A stretch of DNA of 64,000 nt, taken from the NCBI GenBank assembly GCA_964016885.1, contig OZ024763.1, positions 2,914,001 to 2,978,000 on the forward strand. The letters run 5' to 3'. The translations under genes and the position numbers were made by a program. The stretch comes from Eledone cirrhosa. Lineage: Eukaryota. The first letter of the stretch is position 1. Every line of letters starts with the position of its first letter. The notes beneath the pieces were generated by a model. The model was given only the letters and a program-made list of their open reading frames with translations. It was not told the origin of the DNA and made no database searches. Positions 28,606 through 42,857 of this stretch are shown here, one piece after another.

Positions 28606-28810
28606 TAGGAGAAAGTATGACCCCGATGGCAGAGCTCAAGCCGTTTCGATGGGTATTTCGGGACTAAAGTGACCTAGTCCAGAAATAGCCGTCGAAACGG
28701 CTTGAGCTCTGCCGTCGGGGTCATACTTTCTCCTATTACCCACTCTACTACCCTAAGTATTGAGTACTCTGGTGCGTTATGGTCCATCTGGTTCTTACCA
28801 CACCTCTTTC
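28605..28810 (+). mobile_element. Family H4 insert: ~62-bp-arm hairpin (28605-28736) carrying the 3' half of an HHR
   Basis: Near-perfect inverted repeat; right arm gtc GAAA cggc ttgagctct gccg TC. Confidence 0.65.
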
Positions 28811-28829
28811 ATTTTATATATATATATAT

Positions 28830-28870
<41 letters not shown>

Positions 28871-28909
28871 TATGCACATACATATATACATACATATATA
28901 TATATATAC

Positions 28910-29328
28910 CATCATCGTCGTTTAACGTCCGTTTTCCACGCTAGCATGGGTTAGACGGGAGTTGTCCCACTTGAGGCAAGGTTGGTCGGGTGACCGTGTC
29001 TCGCTCATATAGGACTATCTGGCAGGTTTTCTACGGTTGGATGCCCTTCCTAACACCAACCACATTTACAGTGTGGGTCTGGGAACTTTTTACCGTGTTA
29101 CCTACACGGCCACATTACAGCGTGGACTGTGTGTTTTTTGTCGTGACACCTACACGATCTCGATCTCATTATCTCGTGCTGTTGGTGGGAGTGGGAGGAT
29201 AGGGTAGGGGTAGTGGATTGGGGTGTATATTTGGTTAAGAGGTGCCTACTGACGGTAGGTTTCGCTTTGTACATAGGCAAGGCGGGTCTTCTGTATTACT
29301 GTGTAGCGCCAAAGATCTCGGTTCAGAG
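28910..29328 (-). mobile_element. RTE LINE 3'UTR fragment
   Basis: Nearly identical to the reverse complement of 32770-33190. Confidence 0.88.
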
Positions 29329-30194
29329 ACAGTCTTATATATATATGTGTATACATATATACATATATGTATACACATATATATATATATACACATATAT
29401 AAATATACATGTGTGTGTGTCAGCTTCCATACCTTTCTTCAGGTGTCACTGTTATAGAAGTGGATTTCAAGAAGTAATACTGGTGTTGATTTACATAACA
29501 CAAGACTAACAACAACAACAACAACCAAACATAAAGAACCCCCCCCCCCCTGTGTAACACTATACCCCACCTCACCCTTCCCTTCACTCTATATGTGGCC
29601 TTGGCCCTGCTGTATTGTTGCATTGTTGTCATGTTATGGCTCACACACACACACCTCCACATAGAAGTGTGTGGGGTGCTGAGTTGTAGGGGCGCAGTAG
29701 TGACATACAGCACCAGTTTTGGGTAGGATTTATTTAAAACCTGAGAGGATGGGTGAGGTTAGGCGTTATAGCCCATTTTTTTCAGGTTTGTGACCTCAAC
29801 ATAACCTATTTCTTTCCAAAAGAGAAATATATATACATATATATATATACAGTCATCAAAGGTCAGCTAATGAAATAAAACCAGCATGAGAGTATGTTTA
29901 GGACCACGTTCTCAAACACCCTTATCTTACAACCTCACCATTTTCTAAGTGTATATACGTGTGTGTATGTATACTTTAATTCCTCCGGACCTTCATCATC
30001 ATTAACACCACACGTCACACCCCAGACACATCCAAATCTCTCTTATATATAGTCACACATTTCAACACAACGTGATCTCAGTTTGACAATCACCACAGAC
30101 AGAAGAATGCAAGAAAGTTCTCCAACCCAAGTTAACCAGGAATCTCTAAAATTCTTCGCACCGAAGTTAAAGAACTTACTGGATCTACCAACTC

Positions 30195-30340
30195 ATGACG
30201 CCATGCTTTCCAGCATAGTTACGTCCCTTTACGATCTGAGTTCAAATCCCGCCGAGGTTGACTTTGCCTTTCATCCTTACGGGGTCGATAAAATAAAGTA
30301 CCAGTAATGCACTTGTGTCTAAAGTAGAAACAATTATTAT
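30195..30340 (+). mobile_element. SINE A, truncated
   Basis: ctgagttcaaatcccgccgaggttgactttgcctttcatcc. Confidence 0.85.
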
Positions 30341-30671
30341 AATATTATATTATATAACATTAAATCATAAAAATGTTTAACATTACAAGTGAAATCATTC
30401 TTTTCCTTTTTTTCAAATATACATATTTATATATATATATATGTATATATGTGTGTATATATGTATATATGTGTGTATGTATATGTGTATGAATTTTTTT
30501 CTCACAAGTCAGTTCTTTCGTTGCTACGGACCTCGGCTGAATTACCGGTCGCTGTTTTCATTTTGCAAAGCCCTTTAAACTGTATATATATATATATATA
30601 TAGCTTTAAGTGAGAATAAGAAGAAAGCAAGGATCTCACACGTTTTCCAATATATATATGTATATATATAT

Positions 30672-31238
30672 AGTAATAATAAATTTGAAGACTAAAATCC
30701 AAAGAGGGCTCGATAAGGATAAATATATATCAAATATATAAGAACCCTAGAGCAAATATTTATTAAAATAACAGATTAAAGTTTAAGCAAAGAATCGCTG
30801 CTTTCACCCTTAACGGGATCTTCTGAAACTAAAAAAATCAATCTGTGAACACAGAAGTAAATATTTTGAAAAATGTTGCAACCGAAGGAAAACAGGAAGA
30901 TGATACTTTGGTTCGTGAAGATGTTCCCTGGCAATGAACGGAAAAAAGCGAAGAATATTTGTCTACGGCTTCATTAATGCCATAAATGTGGTTTTGTCTT
31001 TGTAATTGTTCTCATCGTTCCACATAATGACGTATTATCTTCGCTTGTTTCCGTTCATTGCCAGGGAACGTCTTCACGAACGAAAGTATCGTCTTCCTGT
31101 TTTCCTTCGGTTGCAACATTTTTCGAAATATTTACTTTTGCATTAACAGATTGATTTTTTTTTTAATTCAGAAGATCCCGTTAAGGGTGAAAGCAGCGAT
31201 TCTTTGCTTAAACTTTAATCTGTTATTTTAATAAATAT
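30672..31238. repeat. Fold-back repeat with ~205-bp inverted arms (30756-30963 / 31029-31238)
   Basis: Arms are visibly reverse-complementary with few mismatches; shorter homolog at 61097-61296. Confidence 0.85.
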
Positions 31239-31249
31239 ATATATATATC

Positions 31250-33195
31250 TCCCTGCCCCTCCAAACCCATCCATCCCACCCTCCCAACTTCAGAGTTGGT
31301 ACCATGAACGTAGGCACATTGAAAGGTTGCTCAAATGAGGTTGTAGAGATGCTTGAACATAAAGAAGTTGATGTTTGTTGTATTCAAGAGACTAGGTGGA
31401 GAGGGGGGTCTGCCAGATTCATCGTAGGTAAAAACCGATGCTATAAACTTTTCTGGATGGCAAATGACAATGGACAGGGGTGGTGTAGGAATTATGTTAG
31501 CTGAAAAATTGGTAGATAAGGTAATTGACGTAAATAGAGTGAATGACAGAATAATTAAATTAAGACTAGTTCTAAATAGAACTACTGTGACAATAATATC
31601 TGCTTATGCACCCCAATCTGGTCTACCTGATGTTATAAAGGACAGGTTCTGTGAGATGCTAATGCACACTACATCCCAAATAACCGACAGCGACTACTTA
31701 ATTATTGCTGGCGATCTAAACGATCACGTTGGACAACGTAGTGATGGCTATGATGGAATCCATGGAGGCTGTGGGGTTGGAAATAGAAATGAGGAGGGCT
31801 TCAGAATCCTGGAATTCTGTGACGCAAATAGCCTAACTATCTGTAACACAAACTTCAAAAACCATGAAAACCACTTGATCACCTATAGATCAGGGGAACA
31901 CGCCAGCCAGATAGATTATATCCTTACTAGAAGACGGGACAAATGTCTGTTGTAAACACTAAATCCCTCCCTCGTGAAGAATGCACCTCCCAACATAGCC
32001 TAGTAGTTAGTGACCTCATAGTCAGGAATAGACGTACTCGACGACAGAGGAGGCCTACCTTCAGGAGAAGAATATGGAAGTTGAAGGACCCCATAGCCAG
32101 TGACAATAAGGAAGAGCAATTAGAGACGTGCAATATAGAGGAACAGTGGGAATTCTTGAAAGTGAACCTGCTGAAAGCAACAGATGAAATCTGTGGCTGG
32201 AGCAGACCTATTGGCAGGAGGATACTAGCTCCTTCCATTGCCCAGATGGTTCTATAGAAATAATAGACGCTTTCTGTTACCTGGGTGACAAAATCAGCAG
32301 TGGTGGAGGGTATTCTGAAAGTACAGTAGCCAATCAGAACGGGATGGAAAAAGTTCAGAGAGCTTATACTGCTATTGGCCACAAGGTTTCTCTCTAAAAA
32401 TGAAAGGCAGATTGTATGATGCCTGTATACGAACAGCAATGCTACATGGCAGTGAGACCTGGGCATTGCGTCCAGAGGACCTGCGTAGACTGGAAAGGAA
32501 TGAAGCATGCATGCTCCGTTGGATGTGTAATAGTAATATACGTGAACGGCAAAACATAAATGAACTAAGTGAAAAATTATGAATAAGAGGGATCAGCTGC
32601 TGTTTACTTGAGAGAAGACTACGTTGGTATGGTCACGTGATGCGCATGAAAGACGACAGCTGCATAAAAAAGTGCAGGGCGATCAAAATTGATGGTAGTT
32701 AAGGAGTAGGTAGACCCAGAAAAACCTGGGATGATCTGATAAATTCCAACCTCACACACTTGCATCTCTCTGGACCGAGATCTTTGGCGCCATGCAGTAA
32801 TACAAATGTCCCGCCTTGCCTATGTACAAAGCAAAACCTACAGTCAGTAGGCACCTCTTAACCAAATATACACCCCAATCTACTACCCCTACCCTATCCT
32901 CCCACTCCCACCAACAGCACGAGAAAATGAGATCGAGTTCGTGTAGGTGTCACGACAAAAAACACACAGTCCACGCTGTAATGTGGCCGTGTAGGTAACA
33001 CAGTAAAAACCTCCCAGTCCACACTGTAAATGTGGTTGGTGTTAGGAAGGGCATCCAGCCGTAGAAAACCTGCCAGATAGTCCTATATGAGCGAGACACG
33101 GTCTCCCGACCAGCCTTGCCTCAAGTGGGACAACTCCCGTCTAACCCATGCTAGCATGGAAAACGGACGTTAAACGAAGATGATGATGATGATGA
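31250..33195 (+). mobile_element. RTE-clade LINE, decayed and internally deleted (APE endonuclease + RT C-terminus + 3'UTR)
   Basis: MNVGTL, DVCCIQETRW, IISAYAPQ, IAGDLNDHVG, QIDYIL; then KGRLYDACIRTAMLHGSETW and LRWYGHVMR; frameshifts and stops; (gat)n tail. Confidence 0.93.
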
Positions 33196-33694
33196 TATAT
33201 ATATATGTAAATAAATATATATATATATTTAGGTTTGTTGGTTCACCACCGGATAGAATTGGTCATTCCGTATTTACACCAGTCTATCAGGAGTTATGGG
33301 ACCATACCATACCTTACATGTAATGTAATTTACCTGACATTAAGCTAAAATATTATTGAAATGTTCTATGTGGAGGGTTTTTGTCATGGCCCCTCATCTA
33401 CACAAGTTAGCTAAGCCATGTGGCCTAGGGGTGTGTTGGAGGATTAGGATCATGTCAGGACTTTGTGTTAGGAAGGGCTTCCAGCTGTAGAAACCAAACC
33501 AAGCCAAGCCAAGCCAAGCCAAGCCAAGTCCAGTCCTGGTTGACCTCTACTGCTCTGTTTGGTTTTAGTCATGTCTTCAGGGGTGTATGTAGCTGTACTT
33601 ATCACACTTGACCAATGTGACCACAGTTCAGCCAGTCCTGAGGAGAGGGGGGAGGGGTGATCTTGTAGTTGTGAACATGCCGTTTCTCTTTATC

Positions 33695-33719
33695 TCTCTG
33701 TCTGTCTGTCTCTCTCTGC

Positions 33720-33779
<60 letters not shown>

Positions 33780-33791
33780 GTCTGTCTCTTC

Positions 33792-33828
<37 letters not shown>

Positions 33829-33916
33829 TATCACTGTCTGTCTGTCTAACTCTTCCTCTCTCTCTGCCTCTGTCTCTCTCTCTGCCTCTGTCTCTCTCTG
33901 CCTCTCTCTCTCTCTG

Positions 33917-33953
<37 letters not shown>

Positions 33954-34246
33954 CTCTCTCTGCCTCTCTCTCTCTCTCTCTGCCTCTCTCTCTCTCTACC
34001 TCTCTCTCTCTGCCTCTCTCTCTACCGCTCTCTCTCTACCTCTCTCTCTCTCTCTCTGCCTCTCTCTCTCTCTCTGCCTCTCTCTCTACCTCTACCTCTC
34101 TCTCTCTCTCTCTCTGCCTCTCTGCCTCTCTCTGCCTCTCTCTCCCTCTCTGCCTCTCTCTGCCTCTCTCTCCCTCTCTGCCTCTCTCTGCCTCTCTCTC
34201 TCTCTGCCTCTCTCTCTCTACGTCTCTCTCTGCCTCTCTCTGTCTG

Positions 34247-34283
<37 letters not shown>
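33695..34283. repeat. (CT)n / ctgcct compound microsatellite
   Basis: Polypyrimidine tract; the SLSL ORF is an artefact. Confidence 0.95.
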
Positions 34284-34284
<1 letters not shown>

Positions 34285-34681
34285 GAGCTACATTACCATA
34301 AGGGTCCTTTTTGTTTTGTCTTTTTTAACGTAGTTCGGTTGGAAAATTTTTAGCTGCTATTTCTAGCAGACCCATCGACCATGTACAGGTTCCCTCTCTT
34401 TGTGTCGCGTTTTCATTCATAGAAATCAGGCAGGATTTTAGCATGTACCCCCACCCACACTCCACCCCTGCCCTCCGCCATTTCATCAGGCATTTATTTG
34501 GGTTTACTTGTTCAGCCCTGATCCAAAACAGACAGACCCCTGATCAGAGGTGTTCCAGCTGTGACCATCCCATCTTTTGTTAATATATATATATATATTT
34601 GTGTGTCTGTACATATGTATCATCATGTGAGTGTGAATATTTATGTGTACATGTGTGTATATGTATATATATATATATATA

Positions 34682-34716
<35 letters not shown>

Positions 34717-34769
34717 GTATCTGTATGTATGTATATCTGTGTATGTATGTATATCTGTATATGTGTGTA

Positions 34770-34830
<61 letters not shown>

Positions 34831-35802
34831 GTATCTGTATGTATGTATATCTGTATATATATGTGTATATGTGTCTATATATGTGTATGTGTGTATAAGT
34901 GTGTGTGTATGTATATATATGTATGTATGTATGTGTATATGTATGATTTCAGAAAGCTTAATTTGGCTGCTATTTCTAGCAGGTCGAGCGACCACCTGCA
35001 TTGTGTTCCTTCTCTTATTCTGCATCTGTTTGTTGATCAAGATAACCTTCATGATGATGATGATGATGGTTGTGATGGTGATTGTGATGGTTGTGATGAT
35101 TGTGATGGTTGTGATGATGGTGATGGTTGTGATGATGGTGATGGTTGTGGTGATGGTGATGGTTATGATGATGGTGATGGTTGTAGGGAAAGATCTTAAG
35201 GAAGGTCTCCTCTCTCTCTCTCTCTCTCTGTCTCACTCTCTCTCTCTGTCTCTCTCTCTCTCTCTCTCCATTATCATCCAACTCCCCTTCCTCCTCCTCA
35301 CCTCCCCCTTCTGCAATTAATTCATCTTTTTTTAACCACCTCATCCTACTCCTCTCTCTATTCTCTATAAACAGCCAACTCCCCCCCTTCCTCTTCCACC
35401 TCTCTGCAATTAATTCATCCTTTTTAACCTCCTCCCTCCCTCCTCCCCCCTCTCTCCTCCCCCTCTCTCTATTCTCCTCTTGCTACTCCACCCACCTTCA
35501 CCCCTATATCATTCAATGTCTCAGTTCTTCTGTCATTCACTGACAAAATACCTCAAATAGTTGTCTCCTGAGAAGACCCTTCCCCCCTCTCCCCCCTTTC
35601 TCCCTCTCTTTCTCTCACTCTCTCATACTCTTCCACTCTCTCTGATCCTTTCTTTCTCTCTCCCCTATTTTCCAACCCTGCCAACATGTTCCCATTATTT
35701 CTTTCCTTCTTTCCTTCGTCTCGCATCTTGTCTTGTTTATTTTTGCATTTTCCACAATTATTATACATACATGCACATTCTTACATTGTATAGCCGCATA
35801 TG

Positions 35803-35839
<37 letters not shown>

Positions 35840-35913
35840 CTAGCGTGGAAGATAGACATTAAACAATGATATATATATATATATAGCTAGCGTGGAAGAT
35901 AGACGTTAAACGA

Positions 35914-35947
<34 letters not shown>

Positions 35948-35974
35948 CTAGCATGGAAGATAGACGTTAAACGA

Positions 35975-36030
<56 letters not shown>

Positions 36031-36081
36031 GATATAGGGTTTTATGTTAAATAATGGTCTTACAGGTTTTAAGTAGTATCA

Positions 36082-36117
<36 letters not shown>

Positions 36118-36557
36118 AAATACACACACACACACACACACACACACAAATACACACACACACACACACACAAATACACACACACGTGTTTGTGTGTGTG
36201 TATTTTGTATGGTCCCGTAACTCCTGAGGGAATCGTAGGGATGCTGTAGTAGTAGACTGCGTTTCTTGGGCCTTTTAAGCCTAGTGGAGCTCCCATCTCC
36301 TCACCAGGTCTGGATACAGCAGATTTCTTCCAGAGAAGGATAGAGAGAGAGAAAGACACAAAGTAAGTGATATGGAGAAAGAATTGAACCCCAGTACTTC
36401 ACTGGTACTTTTTTTATATTGACCTTGAAAGGATGAAAGGCAAAGTTAACTTCAACGGGATTTGAACTCACAGCAGAGAGCTGGAATGAATACCATAAAG
36501 AATTCTATCCTACGTTCTAATGACTGACAATTCACTACCTATATATATATATATATC

Positions 36558-36636
<79 letters not shown>

Positions 36637-36639
<3 letters not shown>

Positions 36640-36960
36640 CACATGGCTTTAGTGGTTAGAGCATTGGCCTTGCAATCGAAAGGTTGTGAGTTCAATTCAC
36701 AGACCGGGTGATGTGTTGTTTCCTTGAGCAAGACACTTTATTTCACATTGCTCCAGTTTACTCAGCTGTAGAAATGAGATGATAGGGACTGGGGTCCCTA
36801 TCATTCTACTGTAAAGTGGTCGTGGAGGTGCCACGGCAAAAAAGCACCCAGCACTCACTGTAAAATGAAGTTGGTGTTAGGAAGAGCATTCAGCTGTAGA
36901 AATCAAGCCAGAATCAGTTCCCGTCCCACCCTTGCAAGCAGGGAAAAGTGGATGTAAAAA
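36637..36960 (+). mobile_element. CORE-SINE B, followed by an RTE 3'UTR fragment (~36983-37183)
   Basis: Family B consensus. Confidence 0.9.
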
Positions 36961-37899
36961 TAGAAAAAATAAAATATATATCAGTCCACACTGTAAAGTG
37001 GTCGTGTAGGCGCCACAGTAAAAAAAGCATCCAGTACTCACTGTAAATGTGGTTGGTGTTAAGTAGGGCATCAAGCCCAAATCAGTTCTGTATGAGCAAG
37101 ACATGGTCACCTGACCTGGCATTTCCCACAACAGGACAACGCTTTTAACCCATGCTAGAGTGGAAGAATGGTCGTAAAATGATTATATATATATAGAGAG
37201 AGAGAGAGTTAAGCCAGAGGGTAGGAAAGGATATAGGGACTAGGGTTGATTAATAAATGAAGGAATAAGGTCCCGAGTAGACTGGATGCATTTTATCATG
37301 GCAACAGCACTTCCACTGTAGAGTGTACTGGGTGTATTTTATTGTAACACCAGCACCAGCCCTTGAGAATGTACTGGGTGCATTTTATCATGACCTGCAA
37401 CACTTATTTTACAGGGTGTACTGGGTGCACTTTGTCATGACCCCAGTACTAGGGAGGTTATTATATGCTCAACCGAACAAGTCCTCATGAACACACACAC
37501 ACACACACACAATGTAAATACACGCACAGTGTATGTACACATTCACACAGGCTCACACATGCACACTCATACATACACACACGCCTGTATGTACTAAAAT
37601 ACTCACACACACACACATGTACAGACTCATATATACATATACACATGCACACACTTGTGCACATATGCACACATCACACACATGCTCGTACACACACATG
37701 CACGTACACACACACCATAAAAATGTCTGTTTTCTTTCATGTCTTAGTATAATTAGACATAAAATGTCCCCTATCATATTTTATGTTCTTTGCGAGAAGA
37801 TATTTTGATATTTTGTGAGTCTTTTAAAGAACATTTGATTTAGGATATCAAACACAAGTTAAGTTGAAAGGGAATTTAAAATGTCTGTTGCATCTATCT

Positions 37900-38415
37900 C
37901 GTGATTTGTTGCTACCACGTCTCTACCACATGTCTCTGTCACATGACCTAGCGATTTGTTGCTACCACATGACCCAATAATTCACTGTTGCTACCATGTT
38001 TGTCACATGACCTAGCGATTTGTTGCTACCACGTCTGTCACATGACCTAGCGATTTGTTGCTACCATGTCTCTACCACATGACCCAATAATTCACTGTTG
38101 CTACCACATGACCTAGCGATTTGTTGCTACCACATCTCTACCACATGACCCAATAATTCACTGTTGCTACCACATGTCTGTCACATGACCTAGGGTTTTG
38201 TTGCTACATGTCTCTGTCACATGACCCAGTGATTTCCTGTTGCTACACACTGATCCACCAATTTCCTGAACTTATTACTATTTTGATCCAGTGATTCTCT
38301 TAACTTATGCCTTGATCCATTGGTTCCCTGTTGCTACACAATGATCCAGCAATTTCCTGAACTTATTACCATTTTGATCCAGTGATTCTCTTAACTTATC
38401 CTTTGATCCAATGAT
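37900..38415. repeat. Degenerate minisatellite and ~100-bp duplication
   Basis: Repeated ttgttgctaccac and cacatgacc motifs. Confidence 0.8.
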
Positions 38416-38559
38416 TCCTTGCTCTCTCTCTACCATCAGACATCTAGGATAGTTTCCTAATGACTGGCTGCACCCTGTTAATGGATTTAATTTGGTGAAT
38501 ATAAAGCCAGCTGTGAGGCCTGCAATTCTAACCCCTGCTTGAAACTGTCCCTGGTTTTA

Positions 38560-39790
38560 TGATATTTATCTAAAACCCTTTCATCATATTTTTATGTTAT
38601 GTTCGAAACACCATCAAAACCTTTCATCATAATTTTATGTAAGAAAATTTGTTATGTTCCACACACCCTCTTTACGAGTTTATATTTATCTAAGAACCTT
38701 TTATTGTAGTTTTATGTAAGAACTTTTAATTATGAGAAAGTTAGTTGTTTTACTAAATATCTCCAAACTCTTGAAAATTATAGATAATATCTTCCATTAG
38801 AGATAATAAAATAGTTGTATTCCAAACACCAGCTTAATAATGGGGAAGTTAGTTATATTAGCTAAATCTCTCCAAGTTCTTGATATTTTCAAAATGATTT
38901 GAAAACCTTAGACAGCTTCTATTAATGGGAGGGTTGGAGTGTTTGTATTTATCTAAAATCATCATCATCATCATCATCGTTTAACGTCTATCTTCCACGC
39001 TAGCATGGGTTAGACTATCATAATTTTATATAAGAACCATTAAGTTATGTTCCATATACTGTATCTTCCATTAGAAAGATGGTGACAAGAGGGTTAACAG
39101 GTTTATATTTATCTAGATACTTTCCCTAACAATTTGATGTAGGAACCCTTAAGTTATGTTCCAAATACCAACAGTATCTTTCCTTAGAATTATGCTAATG
39201 GAAGGGTTAAATTGTTTATATTAATGTAAACCCCTCTGTCATAATTTTATAAAAGAACCTTTGTTAAGTTATGTTCCAAACACCACCTTAAAGTGTTTAT
39301 ATTTATCTAAAAACCTTCCATAAAATTTTATTTAGGAACCTTTAAGTTTCAAACACCAACAGTGTCTTTCATTATAAATATGGTGGTCAAAGGGTTAATG
39401 CGTTTATATTTATTTAAAACCCTCCATAATAATTGTTTCTACTTTTGGCACAAGGCCAGCAAATACCCAGAACATTACTGGTACTTTATTTTATCGACCC
39501 CGTAAGGATGAAAGGCAAAGTTAACCTCGGTAATAATATTATGTAGGAACCTTTAAGTTATGTTCCAAACACCAACAGTGTCTTTCATTAAAAATATGGT
39601 AATGAAAGGGTTAAAGTGTTTATATTTATCTAAAAATCTTCCATAATTATATGTAAGAACCTTCGTTAAGTTATGTTCCAAACACCAGTTTAATAATGAG
39701 AAATTTATATTAACTCTTCAGATTATTTACAAAAGAAATTTGAAAACCACAGACAGTCTTTCATTAGAAATCTGGTAACAAAAGAGCTGA
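38560..39790. repeat. Degenerate tandem array of ~100-200-bp units, with a SINE A piece at 39428-39530
   Basis: Recurrent tttatatttatctaaaa...taagaacc...gttatgttccaaacacc...gggttaa. Confidence 0.7.
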
Positions 39791-40932
39791 AATGCTTAAT
39801 ATAAAATGGAGGGTGTGTGTTGACATATAAGTATATCTAGTTAAGTACATCTCCGACGCCCTCCTTCCATGCCTCTCCACCCTCTAAACTAGCTCTTGTC
39901 TTGTTACAATATGTTTTAGCTTTGTCTCTCTTGTTATTTTAATAGTATTTAAAGTTGGTTTGATATACATCTAAATATAATAAAACTCGGTTATAATATA
40001 TACACAGAAAATGGTTGTTCTTGGTGATGGGGGTTGTTGTTGTGGTGGTGGTGAGGGTGATAGTAGTAGTGGTGGTGGTGGTGAGGGTGATAGTAGTAGT
40101 GGTGGTGGTGGTGGTAGTGGTACTCGTTGTTGTGTTGGTGGTGGTAGAGGGTCTGATGGTATTGTTGGTGGTGGTGATGATGATGGTGTTGGTTATAGTG
40201 TAGTGGTGGTGGTGGTGGTGGTGTATAGTAGCATCAGCAGTAGTGGTGGTGGTTATAGTGTAGTGGTGGTGATAATGGAGTGTTTGTGGTGTTGGTGTAG
40301 TGGCAGAGGTGGTAGTGGCGGTCATAATGAAGAGTGTGGTGTGTAGTGGTGGTAGTAGAGATGTGGTGCTGAAGAAACAGAAATAGATTGTTGAAGTATG
40401 TCTTACTGTTGGTTGCTTTGTTCTTTTTCTTTTTTGTTCTTTCTTTCCTTCCTTTCTTTCTTCTTGTTCCACTGATGAAGGGAGATAGGATTTTTATTGG
40501 CAAAAAGTGGAGAAACTATATATATATATATATCTTTATGTGGGGGTAGGAGTGTCTGAGTAGAGGTGAGTGTGTCTGTGTAGGGTGTAGGGGGGTGTGT
40601 GTGTGGGGGTATGTGTGTATGTACGGGTGTGGGGGGGGTATGTGTGTGCACCAGTAGATATGTATATATGTGTGTGTGTATGTATAAGTAGGTGCAATAA
40701 ACTGTACACCACACCATACAGGTTCTGTCGTAAGACTTGGATCATCCACAAGGCATTGGTCATCATCATCATCACCATCACCACCATCACCATCACCACC
40801 ACCATCACTATCACCATCACCTTCACCATCATCACCTTCACCATCATCACCATCATCACCACCATCACCACCACCATCATCACCATCACCTTCACCACCA
40901 TCATCACCATCATCACCATCATCACAACAGTC

Positions 40933-41160
40933 TAACATTCCTCACAAAGTCTCTCTCTCCACAATTCCCCATTCTCCATTCCTTCTAACAACTGTTCCTT
41001 ACTCAGGTTTTTATCGTCTGGGAGTTGATCAATGAAGGCCCAAGCAGGTCTTCCTCTACTGTGTCTCCCATGAGTTGGTCCCCACAACACTAACTTGTGT
41101 ATAACTTCCAGCTTACTTCTCCAGCAATGTCTTGGAGCAACTGAAGTTATCTTGGACAAG
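40933..41160 (-). mobile_element. RTE-X-like LINE C-terminal remnant (second remnant ~41955-42022)
   Basis: HCWRSKLEVIHKLVLWGPTHGRHSRGRP..FIDQL; GNLPKITTT in the second piece. Confidence 0.65.
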
Positions 41161-41209
41161 TTTTGTTTCTCTATAAACTTTCAGCTATAATACATTGACA
41201 CCAGGTTAA

Positions 41210-41790
41210 GTAGTCTATATATAGTCTATATATAACTATACAGTGTATGTTATATATACATACACTGTATAGTTATATATACACTGTATAGTCTATATAT
41301 AACTGTACAGTGTATGTTATATATACATACACTGTATAGTTATATATATACACTGTATAGTCTATATATAACTATACAGTGTATGTTATATATACATACA
41401 CTGTATAGTTATATATACATACACTGTATAGTTATATATACATACACTGTATAGTTATATATACATACACTGTATAGTTATATATACATACACTGTATAG
41501 TTATATATACATACACTATATAGTTATATATACATACATAGTATATATAGTTATATATAACTATATAGTGTATATATAACTATATAGTGTATGTATATAT
41601 AACTATATAGTGTATGTATATCTAACTATATAGTGTATGTAGTGTATGTATATATATATAACTATACAGTGTATGTATATATATATATAACTATACAGTG
41701 TATGTAATGTATATATAACTATACAGTGTATGTATATATATATATAACTATACAGTGTATGTAATGTATATATAACTATATAGTGTATGT
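41210..41790. repeat. ~24-bp satellite that reverses orientation midway
   Basis: tatatacatacactgtatagtta units switch to taactatacagtgtatgtatata at ~41550. Confidence 0.8.
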
Positions 41791-42252
41791 ATATGACATA
41801 TTCTTTCGGTCTTGCTATGTATATAATTTTTTACTTTTAGCACAAGGCCAGTATATAATGTATTATATATTGCTGTGCAATGTATTCTTTTGGTCTTGGT
41901 AGTTTATTTAGAGACAAATATAATGTATTTTACATATGTTTTCTAAGTTGTCTAACTTCCTGTCAACTTCTGCAGCAATGTCCTGTCTTGGAGCAGTTGT
42001 AGTTATCTTGGGGAGGTTCCCAATGGGACAGGAGACTAATCTAAGAGGCTCTCCTATAGGATGGAACCTGCAACAACATAATTTATAGAATTGTAAACTT
42101 ATCAAACCCACACCAGATTGAAGCAATCAAATCTCCAATTCATAAAACTGATAAGGTGTATGTATATATATATATGTATATGTGTGTATATATCTATGTA
42201 TATGTGTGTGTGTATATAGATCTATATCTATGTGTGTATGTATGTCTATGTC

Positions 42253-42298
<46 letters not shown>

Positions 42299-42369
42299 GA
42301 CAGACTTTATAAACTTTACACACATGTACGCCCTAAATCTTATTGAATAGGGAAGTCATGTATTTTATT

Positions 42370-42498
42370 GACAGGAAATGGTTGTGTGTGTGTATATATG
42401 TGTATATATGTGTATATATATGTGGGTGGGTATGTGTATATATATGTATGTGTATATATATCTATATAAAGGGTAATGTGCACATATATATGTATGTG

Positions 42499-42539
<41 letters not shown>

Positions 42540-42766
42540 GTAATGTGCGTACATATGTATGTGTATGTATATATATATATATGTGTGTGTATGTATATAT
42601 ATATATGTGTGTGTGTATATGTATATATATATGTATGTGTATATCTATGTGTATATATATATATATGTATATATACATATGTGTATATGTGTGTGTATAT
42701 ATATATGTATATATGTGTATGTGTATATATATGTATGTGTATATGTGTATATATATGTGTTTGTGC

Positions 42767-42857
<91 letters not shown>

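Noticed and set aside
36200-36345. GC-richer exon-like segment on the minus strand
   Set aside because: Contains ICCIQ resembling a decayed RTE endonuclease; no convincing splice pair.
40737-40930. Poly-His ORF
   Set aside because: (CAC/CAT)n trinucleotide microsatellite.
41930-42070. Exon-like ORF on the minus strand with AG/GT borders
   Set aside because: Sequence matches the RTE-X remnant at 40933-41160 (GNLPKITTT, GHC.RS).
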